Below, piece by piece: positions 1 to 11,586 of a stretch of DNA of 64,000 bases (within the stretch, counting starts at the first letter, position 1; each line of letters opens with the position of its first letter). The DNA comes from Tubulanus polymorphus. Taxonomy: Eukaryota; Animalia; Nemertea. The notes beneath the pieces are model-generated. The model saw only the letters and a list, made by a program, of their open reading frames with translations, was not told where the DNA came from and did no database searches. Both the position numbers and the translations under genes were made by a program. The DNA is taken from positions 992,001-1,056,000 of the forward strand of contig NC_134035.1 of the NCBI RefSeq assembly GCF_964204645.1, read 5' to 3'.

Positions 1-321
1 TGTGTTTTCGCGGTATAAAACCCACTCATTAGTTAGCACTGATAGAGCTTCATCTATTGACTGTGTGTGAAGTTCTATCAGGAATGTATTCGGTCTGAAG
101 TATTGCTGCCTTATTTTCATTGCTCGAAAGCCTTAGGGGCAGTAGTGCGGTTTCCATTGACCACTAGTTGACAGTCAAACACCCTCCACCACCCCCCTTC
201 CACCACCCACCCCTCTTAACCCAAAAGGCATCCAGATAGATTTGGGATCTACTTCTTTTATAAACCTAGTTACCAACTATAGATACTTCAGGTTATAGCC
301 CCATTTATGATTCACCTCAGA

Positions 322-449
<128 letters not shown>

Positions 450-535
450 ACTCATGAAGGCAAATTCTTTTTAAAAGATTTTCGGCCATTTGGAAGTATG
501 AACAACCCATGGCAAAGTTCCTGGATACGCCCCTG

Positions 536-644
536 GGCCTGGTTTTATAGACTGGTATTACCTTTAACCCGAGGGCTAACTTAGTTCATTTTCAATTTAG
601 TTAGCCCCTGGGTTAAAGGTAATACCGGTCTATAAAACCGGGCC
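536..644. mobile_element. Short palindromic MITE, PIF/Harbinger-like
   Basis: Termini GGCCTGGTTTTATAGAC / GTCTATAAAACCGGGCC are inverted repeats and the arms pair for ~45 bp; CTG flanks both sides (533-535, 645-647), consistent with a 3-bp TSD. Confidence 0.75.
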
Positions 645-1890
645 CTGGTGACCAGTGGTCGAGTTAATCTGGTGTTGAAAACCTATCTACGAAACCAGGT
701 TGGAAGCACCTGAATTTCATAATAGGGTAAATAGCAGACTTCAGAGTAAGATTGTATGGACTCGGATCGCAGAAATACGACCTCCAGACGGTGACATTTC
801 GAATTACCTTTGAAATCCTATATTTGTACCCTCTTAGTGTAACAAGAATCCAGTATAGAATGAAATAGAAGTGTAAATGACTTGAAAGACCACCAGGTGG
901 TGATATAGGTTTGTCAACTCCAAAAATAACGTGATCATGCATTAATAGCCGCGATTACACAAACGTTTTGGGCCGGTTCGCATGGGCCAAAATTTGACGC
1001 AGGCCATATCGAATGTAAAGCCTATTCGAATGAAAAAGATGGCGTCAATGGATGCGCACGAGCCGCAATTATTATAACGTAATTGAAGGTCTATTCAAAC
1101 AGTGTAGTTAGTGTATGTATTGTTCAACTGCGGCGACGTCGTCCTAAGTTACCGTATCTTGTCCGTATCCATTCTACCTCACGTAGAGCAGACGCGATAC
1201 CGGCCGACAACCAACGTTAAACTCAATTATACACCGCGAAATGCGTCTTAAAGCCAACAATTGTCAAATCCGATTTCGTCGTCGAGGCAATGACGACATT
1301 TCGTGTCGTCGGGAATCGTGGAGATCGCTCGGAAAGAATCACGGCACGTCGACGGTAAACGGTAGTCATCTTAACTCCCCGACTACAAAGGGCGCTGTAA
1401 AAAACAACATGAGTAAGAGGAGCAATGGTGAATGGAAGCTTAGTTATATTCCCTATAATCATTCTGGTCATGATGTCGGTCGTTCTGAATGGTGCGAATT
1501 CTTCCCCTTTTTGGGTTCAGAAGGCGTGATGCTGTTGCACGCACTATCAGCGCTGAGTGACAAGCGGGTTCGGTCCTGCTGGTTGCTCTTACAGCGCGCA
1601 GGCAATACTTTTAAGGCTGTCCTGTCATAAGGTTAAGACACAATCCAATATGGTTTATCTTGCAAACCAAGATCAAGATAATGTCGAGTAAGATAAAACA
1701 AAACGGGATAAAAAAACAAAAGCTAATTTAGAATTTTGCCTGGGAAATTGAATGCAGGTTTTTTTGAGGTGAACTGTAGTTCTTAAGGTCTTCGATGCAA
1801 TGTCTTGTATGATAGCACTTATTGAAGAGTCTTCAAGTTTAGGCGCTTATTGAGGTTTTCGAACTCTCAAGACAATGAGCAGAATATTCT

Positions 1891-1997
1891 GGCCCCAGTT
1901 TTATGACTTATGAGTTTTATGTTTTTAGACTGGTACTAACCCTGGGCTTACTCAATTGAAAATGAACTGAATTAGCACCAGTCTATAAAACCAGGCC
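1891..1997. mobile_element. Second, degenerate copy of the 536-644 MITE family
   Basis: Ends in CCAGTCTATAAAACCAGGCC and contains TTGAAAATGAACT, the reverse complement of the core of the first copy. A more distant relative is at ~6255-6354. Confidence 0.6.
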
Positions 1998-2444
1998 CAG
2001 CATATCCGATGCAGCCAAATAATTAAAATTGTAAGCATGTGTATTTATATGCGCGAGGTGGCCTTCTCTTTGATGTATTGTGTAAAGCTGCCACGGAGCA
2101 AGCGTGTCCAGAAGTGAAAAAATCCGGCCGATATTTCTTAATATGTTTTGTTAAACAACAATGAACTGCGGTTGTTATGTACGGTAGCCGAGAGCGAGCG
2201 AGCGAGCGCGCTGTTGTGTTGAATCGATGCGTTCTGAGCTATGCGCCCCCGATATGATGATGACGGTAATTTGCGAAGCTAGTTGTCAGCTCGCGCAGGC
2301 GAATAATTGGCTAGATTCAACGCCGGAATTAGATACAATTGTTTTATACGGCAACAAAGGGAATTTGCTGATCGGCGTCCGAGATACGGCTAATTCTATG
2401 TTATATCTGAGGTAGCAGCTATACGAGCAACAATAGCCGCGGAG

Positions 2445-2584
2445 ATCACACGGAGATGATTTGGCCCCGGCCAACATGGCACGGATCAGGTACGAGTCAA
2501 ATTTGGCCCGTGCCTAATTAGAGAGCGCGTTCACACATAAACCACTCACTCGATGCTTAACAATGCTTAAACAAAGCGAAGTGA
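2445..2584. repeat. Dispersed repeat with an inverted partner at ~4921-5040
   Basis: CAAATTTGGCCCGTGCCTAATTAGAGAGCGCGTTCACACATAAACCACTCACTCGAT matches the reverse complement of 4951-5008; a further partial copy at ~6375-6422. Confidence 0.75.
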
Positions 2585-3497
2585 GTCACTTCAGGAACCA
2601 GTTGAAATTTTAAAAGTCACGGAAGTCTGGAAAATTTTGTGGGAAAAATGCTAAGGAAATTTGTTGATTGCTAGATCGCCCTAAAATCAATAAGTTTTCA
2701 TCTATTGAAATCATAAATTAATCAGTATACCTATTTATCAAGTATCTTAACAACTGGCTTGATCAATATTTATGCTTAACTCAAGATCTGGGTCCTCCAT
2801 CCTTCCTTTTTCAAAACTCACTTCGGAATCTTGCATTTCACTTGAGTAAAAACATGCGGATAGAAAATGAACTGTCGTCGACTTGAGTCACCAATCACTT
2901 CAACGGTTTAACATATATTTTAATAATAGCCCGTCTAAATGTGTTAGAAGAGCATAAATGACGCGCGTTGAATACCATTAGCAACCCGATCTTAAGCATC
3001 CTTTAACAGTCATTGCCGGCATTCTTATTCAACACTTCATCTATGAAAAGTTACATATTGTTTTTCGATTCTCATATATTGGAAAATTTAAACCAGCGCC
3101 GGCGTATCATCAAGTGTTTAATTGTAACCAAGGATAGGAGTTTATTGTGTGTTGAATGAGATTGAAAAATCAATCATCTCCAGTTGGGAAGTGCTCTCTC
3201 TCTCTCTCTCTCTCTCTCTCGTTTAAAGTTTGTCTCTTGACGCTGGTTTCCGACGACGACGTACTCACTGTCTTCCGTAATGGTCTACTAGTATCTATTG
3301 ACTTGAGACAACGAAAATGGCGCCCATCTTAGCGTATTTTTTCCATCCATCCGGAAGGAACCCGAATCTGTACGATTTTGATATAGACAGGCGACTAGTG
3401 TTTATAGTGATGACCGGTTAGTATCAACTTCATGGTAGATGAAGACAGTCAGAAGCTTGTATTGTAAATTAATTGTTGACGATTGACCATTTCTTCC

Positions 3498-3529
<32 letters not shown>

Positions 3530-3946
3530 GGCTGCTGATATGATGATCATCATGTGTTTTTTAATAATGGCATTCCGTCACACGAGGATCTATTCTCGAC
3601 TAGAGTGTGATTCATCCATGGTGGGCCTCATCGACGACGATGACGAGGAGAACACCATTGCGTCAGTAATAGTTGGATGTGCGCAGGCATGCATGCATGC
3701 ATATCGAGTAGTTCGCCTGTTCTCTGCCTATTCTTTACGTTATTCGCTCATTCAGGCTTCACAATGAACATCGATTAATGCCGGAGCATGGAAATAATGA
3801 ACAGCGTTCAGGATTTCTGCCTCGCGTGAATCATACCAAAAATGATTTTCATAATTCGTAATACCGTTGGTATCATCGCGCAGCGCGTTGGTTGTTTAGC
3901 CTGAAAAGGGTCTTATCATAAAAATGTCCTGTATTCAGTGTGTTAA

Positions 3947-4229
3947 CCCTTTCACTGCTGACTGACTAATTCATACCTAAGTGCTGGAGATAATTTTGAA
4001 ATGTTTTAGAATCCCATCCCAGTGTTTAGTAACAGGCATGTGTCTACACTGCGGTGCGGTGTATCGTAAGTTTACTGATATTTTGTTATGTTTGACACCA
4101 CAGGTGATGCCATCTTTCTTTAGAGATAAAAACTAACTACTGATTACATCAATACACTATGCTGCAGTGTATTAGCAACGTCCATCACCGATTGATACAC
4201 CGCACTGTGGTGTAGACATACTGAAAGGG
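3947..4229. mobile_element. piggyBac-type MITE (~283 bp)
   Basis: TTAA|CCCTTTCA...TGAAAGGG|TTAA, i.e. CCC/GGG termini with TTAA TSD (3943-3946, 4230-4233). Confidence 0.8.
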
Positions 4230-6470
4230 TTAATAAAACTCATAAAGTATCTTCAAATTGAATATTAGTAATTAAACATCCAGTAAGAAATTTTGAGGTT
4301 TCATATTCAAAGTTAACAAAGTTTTTTTCCATATTCACATAGTTTACAGTTGTATCTTTATTCAATATTTCTGAACTCGGATTTCGATCGTGTGAACTGC
4401 CTACGAAATGTATCGCGCGAAATCTTTTATCCGTCGTACAACATGAGACCATTTTCTTGATTTATTTTCGAAGAATGAGTTTTGAATGCGGGAATATGAA
4501 TTCGTCGCCGCTGCAACAGTGTCATTGTAAACCGGCACTGCTGTCTCATTGATGAACGATCCCCCCTCTGAGGCTATCGACGCTGAGTCATAGTCAAACG
4601 CGATTGCAGCGTTTCGCCCCGGAGTCTATACAAATTTGTTAATGTGCATTATGCAAATTGAATGTGATGATCCGGCGGATTATCCCAACTTTTAAAAGCC
4701 CATTAAACAAACGCCGAGTCTGATGGTGTTTTAATGCTTCGACGATGATGAATAATCGTGTTTGTAATATCTTCTCGGGCAGAATCCGGGCGTTCCGGTC
4801 AGAAACTGGGATCTGTTACGGAGAGAATGCTGGCTTGGGTCTGTTAGGCCCGACCAAAACATCGTCGGACCAGGCCCATGCCAATTGTTGCATGTGAATT
4901 GCAACTGGTTCCAGAAGTGATTCACTCGCTTTTTTTAAGCATCGTTTAGTATCGAGTGAGTGGTTTACGTGTGAACGCGCTCTCTAATTAAGCACGGGCC
5001 AAATTTGGCTCAGCCCCGATCTGTGCCAATTTTGCCCAGGTCTGAAATATAGGTGCATGATTGATGACGGGGACTTATTTTACACTAATGAATAGATGCA
5101 GCCCCTCTAAATTCTGAGCACAAGTAGAAACGTCAAACTGTTCCTTGTCTTTTTACATATCCATTCTTTATTCATTCGATATTTGAAAATCATTGTCAAC
5201 GTCGTGAATTATACACGGATTACGGTGCATTCAGTTTCTCTGATCGACGAATGTCAAAACGCCGCCGTCAAATTGCCATCGAAATCGAGAGCTAATATTC
5301 ACCGTCGTCTAACGTTTCTCTGAGCACACACACAAAACACACGAATATCTTCGAAAATAATGAGCGAGAATTTTTCCATCGCGTCGTCGTCGCCGCCGCC
5401 GATGCCGCGTTCTATCGTACCGATAAGTCTCGGTAAGCCGCCGCCGATAATACGCCCGATAATATTGGTGCAAGGATTTATACGCGGGGCAAGGTAATAG
5501 ACGGCCGATCGGATGTCGCCGGGTAGATTCGCATCGCGGCGTCGAATTGCGGGGATTTCGTCGAAAATTGAAACTTTCTCCGTTTGTTTGCGTACGCGAT
5601 TCGATAGTCAGTATAAATAGCGATAATCGCGCGCGATGAATATTCGCAGATGAAAAACGATGAGACATAAAATGGCCGAACGAATAAACGCTCGACGGCG
5701 GCGGCGGCGATGATCGTAATCTTCGGAAATTCCCGGGCGGACAAACGCGCGACAAAGCAAACGTCTCCTCTCTTTGTAACACGCGAAATGAGCAACGTTC
5801 GACTACAAAAGCCGCGCGTTGTTGTTCTAGTATAATCGTGTTGATCCGAAGCGGTTCTCGTTTTGTTTATTCGTCATTAAAAAACATGTTTTATTTTTAT
5901 CGTGAGTCTATTGTGATGCAGATTATTACGTCGTCGTAGTCTCGTCGTGGAGAGCGGAGGATATTCAAGCGAAACGCGCCCGCGCGCTATCTGTAAATCG
6001 GTCCGTATTTTTTTTTTTTTCCCCCGATGATGAATGAATGAATGAATGGTTTATCTCCGAGTTACGCAACTTGTTTCTTGCCATGAATACAAATCTATTG
6101 ATTTTAATGTCCGTTTCGAATAAGAGGAAAACGATCGCGATATTCTCTTATTCGTCCTTAGTTGTGAGTTGGATTTTATTTGAACCGTCCAAGTTTCATC
6201 TGTGGTTATATCTGTGGTGGTTGGTCGTATGCATCAGAAGCCAGTTACGCAACTGGACCTAGTTCCACAGTTCTGACTTAAATTTGACTCGAGAGTTAAC
6301 TCAATGAAAATGAGCTAATGTTAACTTCAACTCACAACTGTAGAACTGGGCCCTGGTGGTTAACTTTTCTCTAATCAGGCACAGCCAAATTTGACTCGGG
6401 GCAAAATCATCTCCGCGTGATCGCTACTTGTGATGTACGTTGAGTTAGAATTAGTTAATTTTCAAGTTGG

Positions 6471-6691
6471 ACCCTTCCTGGAGTCGACTCTGTTGTTGAA
6501 CCCTTCCTGGAGTCGACTCTGTTGTTAAACCCTTCCTGGAGTCGACTCTGTTGTTGAATCCTTCCTGGAGTCGACTCTGTTGTTGAACCCTGCCTGGAGT
6601 CGACTCTGTTGTTGAACCCTGCCTGGAGTCGACTCTTTTGTTGAACCCTTCCTGGAGTCGACTCTGTTGTTAAACCCTTCCTGGAGTCGAC
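6471..6691. repeat. 29-bp minisatellite, ~7.5 copies
   Basis: Unit ACCCTTCCTGGAGTCGACTCTGTTGTTGA with a palindromic GAGTCGACTC core. Confidence 0.95.
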
Positions 6692-7527
6692 TGAAACTGT
6701 TTCGCTGTTCTGCTGTAATTCCTGCGTTGTTTATGTGTCATCGTATAGATTAACGCTTGAATTTCCGGGGGTTAGCTCGCGAAATCCATCGATAATAGGC
6801 ACTTACAATTCGACGACAATTGCTCGATAATAAGTCGACTGTCGACTGGGGTAAACGGGTTGTTAAGCTTCGGCGTTTCTATTTGTATGCATAAACTCGT
6901 GAAATCTGAGCTTAACAATGTAATATGTCCATTATCTTGTCATTAAAACTGCATTTATTGTGCGAGCGCGCGGTCCACTTCGATCTGATCTCTGTATACA
7001 TCGTCGTCTTAACGATGACCGACCAGTTTGTGAATTCAGAACAGAGCGTATCGCACGTATGAAGTACGTGCATATGAATACCGGGCGTATTGAAGATTTA
7101 CTCGTTAGCTGCCGGCGTCGAGGGGTAATGGCAATTTACTGTTATCCGATAAAACAAATTTCATTTTGTCAAAATGCTTCCAGGCGAATATTTTACTTCA
7201 TTATGTAGTTCGGATGATTCACCGTAGATAGCAGCACTATCTAGCATCCAGCAGACTTGTGGTCTTCTGAACAGAAATATGAAAGTTGTTACTGACGGTC
7301 TTACCCCCTTGAATACTGGTTAATTTGTACAGAGATATGAAATTAGTCACTGGGGATTACCCCTTGATAACTGATTGGTTTGAAGGTCTTACCCCTTTTG
7401 ATAACTGATTAATTTCAGGGACATTTCAATGAACTATTCCTGAAAATGTTAGAAACATGTTGAAGTTATGAACTTTGTAAATTGTTACACGTGAAATTAA
7501 TGAACGAAACTGTTTTTGTATTTTTAG

Positions 7528-10500
7528 GGTCGTCAGAACAGCCAAGAAAATAGAATATCATCGCACAGTCCGGTTGCCATGATGCCCGACGCAAATACTT
7601 CATCAACATCACCCCAATCATTGAGCCTGCGTACGTCACCTGTTCCATCTCCTCAGCCGTTACGCTCAGCTCACCACTCTCCGCGTTCTTCACCGTCAAT
7701 GTCGTCGCAATGGAAACCACAATCCGACGACGACATGCCGCTGAATTTGTCGAAGCCGAAATCGGAACTTTACAATTCGTCGTCTTCGGACAGCGATCAG
7801 AAATCGCAGTTGTTGTCTGCAGGGGGCGCTGCTTCGATGATCATACCGCCGCCAGCGCATAGTAATCATTCGCGTAACGGTTTTGCCGGACCGGCCGCTG
7901 TTCCGTTCGATATGGCCGCAGCGATGAAGCCGCCATTCGGACTGCTTCCACAGTATATGAACGCGAATCCGTTCACCGGATTACAGCTCAGCGTTCGACC
8001 GCCTAGCAGCGCGAGTTTGAACAGCATTTTGGCGCATTCCAGTTTGAAACCAGCCCAGGCAGCTATTGGTAAAGAGCGAAGGGTACGTATTATTTTTTTT
8101 ACCGAAAAAGAATTACAGGGTAGCCACTTATCTGGAAATTAGCGAATTTTCTTTTTGAAAAGGTTGGGGAATCATCAAGGAATTTTGTGGAAAAAAAGCT
8201 AAAATTCTGGGAAATTGTTGAGATTGCCATGTCGCGCGTAAAGTCAAACAGATTGATTGGATACTTAGCAGATCAAGTCAGGGAAAACAATGTGCATGTC
8301 AGGCAATAGTCAGGGAAAAAGCAGTCCACCCTGATGTATATTACTACTAATAGCTAGAGTTTAGTGTTTATTTCTTCAGTGAATTTTAGAATTAACTATG
8401 CACGATATATTTGGATTATATTATTGACAGATAAAAAAGTAAAGTGAAAAAGGAAAAACAATGCTCTAATGCAATTGAATATTTTAGTGCACTAGTGGTA
8501 ATCTGATAGTAGTTTCTAGCACTAGTAGTCATCTGATAGTAGTTTCTAGCACTAGTGGTCATCTGATAGTAGTTTCTAGCACTAGTGGTCATCTGATAGT
8601 AGTTTCTAGCACTAGTGGTCATCTGATAGTAGTTTCTAGCACTAGTGGTCATCTGATAGTAGTTTCTGGCACCAGTGGTAATCTGATAGTAGTTTCGACT
8701 GTGATTATAGAAATCATTATTTCACCTTCTATACAGAAGATAACAATATATACATTGAATTGACTAAAGGCTTGGTTGTGGTTGGTCACTTCACTGTCAG
8801 TTGACCTGGGTAGATGTTATTCATTGAGTACTTGTGATGTCACTGGTCATGTGACCTAAGGTTAGGGTTAGCTGCTGGCACTCAGTGCCTGTGATGTCAC
8901 TGGTCACCTGACCTAGGGTTAGGGTTAGCTGCTGGCACTCAGTGCCTGTGATGTCACTGGTCACCTGACCTAGGGTTAGGGTTAGCTGCTGGCACTCAGT
9001 GCCTGTGATGTCACTGGTCACCTGACCTAGGGTTAGGGTTAGCTGCTGGCACTCAGTGCCTGTGATGTCACTGGTCACCTGACCTAGGGTTAGGGTTAGC
9101 TGCTAGTACTGAGTGGTTGTGATGTCACCGGTCACCTGATCTAGGGTAAGGGCTAGCTGCTAGTACTGAGTGCCTGTGATGTCACTGGTTATATTTGAGC
9201 AGAATGAGTTCATTTGCAATTTGAATCCTAGATTGAAATCTTAGGCCAGAATTGTTGAACTTAATTCTGGTATTTATATAGTAGTGTCTGCCCGACTTAA
9301 GCTCAATTCTTAATTTTCCATCCAGAGTGAGGGAGAGATAAAGAAAGAAATTTAAAACAATGTCCACATTTCAAGTCTAGTTAAACATGACCAGACATTT
9401 CGAATAATCTAGACGGTAGTTAAAGTCTGATAATATTAGTTTGTGAAACTTAAAAGTCAAGAAGAAACAATGTGCATGTCAGGGAGTAGCCTGCGGAAAA
9501 GCAAGTCAAATATGAAGTGGTCACCCTGTATTATGCCACGTTTAATTTGTTATAACAAGGCTTTGCTGAAGTCAAAATATCATCGATTTGATAAGGCAAA
9601 ATTTTTTAGTTCATGACAAATGTTTTCCAATTTCAGGAGAAGCTCGTCCAGGAAGCGATAGCTCGATCGATGCCCACACACACGCTACCGAGTCCCGTTA
9701 TTCCGTCTGTATCGTTAATGTATTCTCACGCCGGTCTGCCCCACCAGATGGCGCAGATGGGTCCGATGTCGCCGGTGAAAGACGAACCGCAAACCAATCC
9801 GGACTATGTACAGTCGCTGCAAAGTGAGCTGCCATACTACAACGAAGATAAAAGTAAACTTTTTATTAAACAGAAAATTTTAAATTCGATTTTCAAGTCG
9901 ACGTTACTTAACCAAATACGTTTCTTCGATTTGCAGGCAAAATGTTCGGTGCCAAAATCATCCGGGCGCAGAAGGACAAGTCGGACAACAATCGACCGCA
10001 CGTGAAACGACCGATGAACGCGTTCATGGTTTGGGCGCGCGAAGAACGACGAAAAATTCTCAAAGCTTGCCCCGATATGCACAACTCAAATATTAGTAAA
10101 ATTCTCGGTGAGTGAAGAATCCGTTTCATGTCACCGTTCGAACTGCAGTTTTAACTTGATGTCTCCTTTCAGGCTCCTATCATCAATTTCATCTCTATCA
10201 TGTTGTTTGTGTTACCTTAATTTAATCAATGACAAAATAACTATTATGTATGATCTAATGATTTAACCAGAGTTTATTTGTCACATGTAGGTGCGAAATG
10301 GAAAGCTATGTCAAATGCCGACAAACAGCCATATTACGAAGAACAATCTCGACTCAGTAAATTACACATGGAAAAACATCCAGACTATAGATACAGGTAA
10401 CACACGCAATACTTCTTTTACTTAAAGAAACTGCCACAAATTACGGGCTGCAGTTGCTGAAAAGTTGGTTAAAGATAACCATTGGATAAATACCGTAGTG

Positions 10501-11586
10501 ACAATGAATTTTGTCACTACGTCAACTATCAACTGGTTAACTTTTGAACAACTGCAGCCCCTGAATTCTGAACCTGTGAACACATCGATTTATCACATTT
10601 CTACCCGGGATATTTCTATGTACAACTCGTTCTTATTTTCTCACAGGCCCCGTCCAAAACGTACGTGTATTGTGGATGGAAAGAAGCTACGAATATCCGA
10701 ATATAAATCGTTGATGAGAAATAGACGACAAGAAGTGCGTCGTATCTGGTACGGAGAGGGTGGAACTACTTACGTCGAAGGTAATTATCGCATGGGAAAA
10801 AAACATAACGGTGGACATCGGTTGCGTAAGAACTTCTTGGAAGTACGATACACCTACTTATGTGTCGGTAACCTTTTTAACAAAAAAGTCAGTCGAGTTT
10901 GTACCCTCTGTTATAGAACAGCATGTTAGGTTGGGATTAGAGCTCATACCTGTATGTGACTGTTGTATGAGCCTGTTGATATTGTGATGAAATCTCGCAA
11001 AAACGATTGGTTTTTCCTCCTATAGGTTTTATATCAAATCCTGAACTAATTAGAATATAGTCGAAACGTTGAATAAACTGCTTGCTCAAGGAATACAGTA
11101 TTCCTGAAGAAGACTATTAGAATATAGTTGAAACGTCGAATAAATTACTAGATCAAGGGAATACAGTATTCCTGAATATGACTATTAGAATACAGTTGAA
11201 CCGTTGAATAAACTACACTAGCTCAAGGAATAAAGTATTCCTGAATATGACTATTAGTATTGAATTGAAACGTTGAATAAACTAAACTAGCTCAAGGAAA
11301 CATTTTCAGAATTAATATTATGTTTTCGTTATTATTGTGAGATTCTCCATTTCATATTAAATCGTTATTTTCAGGTAACCACGCGTCTCCTGCATCATCG
11401 TTACTCAGTTCCGTTTCTCCGGCAGCATCGACTTCATCTCCGATGAGTTTCACGAGCGCGTCGTCGCCGTCTCTCGTCGCATTTCCAACCAACGAGAGTC
11501 CGTCGGGTCTGACGACGTCGGTGATCGCGGCGAGTCCGTCGCGTGATTCGTTACCGACGATGGTCGCCATGCAACACGAACGATGA
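7528..11586 (+). CDS. SoxD: SoxD-group HMG-box transcription factor (Sox5/6/13-like), 3' six coding exons (454 aa); 5' exons lie upstream of the window or were not found
   Basis: Exons 7528-8082, 9637-9823, 9937-10107, 10291-10396, 10647-10780, 11375-11586 have GT-AG introns with consistent phases. HMG box [78 protein letters not shown] is followed by the SoxD-type [15 protein letters not shown]; a PLNLS (CtBP-binding) motif lies in the first visible exon. Confidence 0.95.
8486..8696. repeat. 30-bp minisatellite (~7 copies) in SoxD intron
   Basis: Unit AGCACTAGTGGTCATCTGATAGTAGTTTCT. Confidence 0.95.
8833..9189. repeat. 57-bp minisatellite (~6 copies) containing a TTAGGG-like telomere motif
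   Basis: Unit GTGATGTCACTGGTCACCTGACCTAGGGTTAGGGTTAGCTGCTGGCACTCAGTGCCT. Confidence 0.95.
11040..11300 (+). ncRNA. Tandem array (~4 x 67 bp) of Penelope-type minimal hammerhead ribozyme motifs in the last SoxD intron
   Basis: Unit 2 (11099-11142): TATTC-CTGAAGA-a-GACTAT-tagaat-ATAGTT-GAAAC-GTC-GAATA, i.e. stem I, CUGAnGA, stem II, GAAA, palindromic ACGT stem III and GUC site. Units 3-4 have CTGAATA; unit 1 is deleted. Matches the reverse complement of 19400-19450. Confidence 0.65.

Noticed and set aside
1241-1630. 129-aa ORF
   Set aside because: No recognisable motif or splice context.
5309-5795. Overlapping 157-aa and 105-aa minus-strand ORFs
   Set aside because: CpG-rich intronic stretch where stops are rare; no domain. 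More likely regulatory DNA.
6471-6691. CRISPR-like array (also considered for 35300-35910)
   Set aside because: Head-to-tail repeats with no unique spacers, eukaryotic context, no cas genes.
8416-9078. Repetitive ORFs ([10 protein letters not shown])n and ([19 protein letters not shown])n
   Set aside because: Translations of 30-bp and 57-bp intronic minisatellites.
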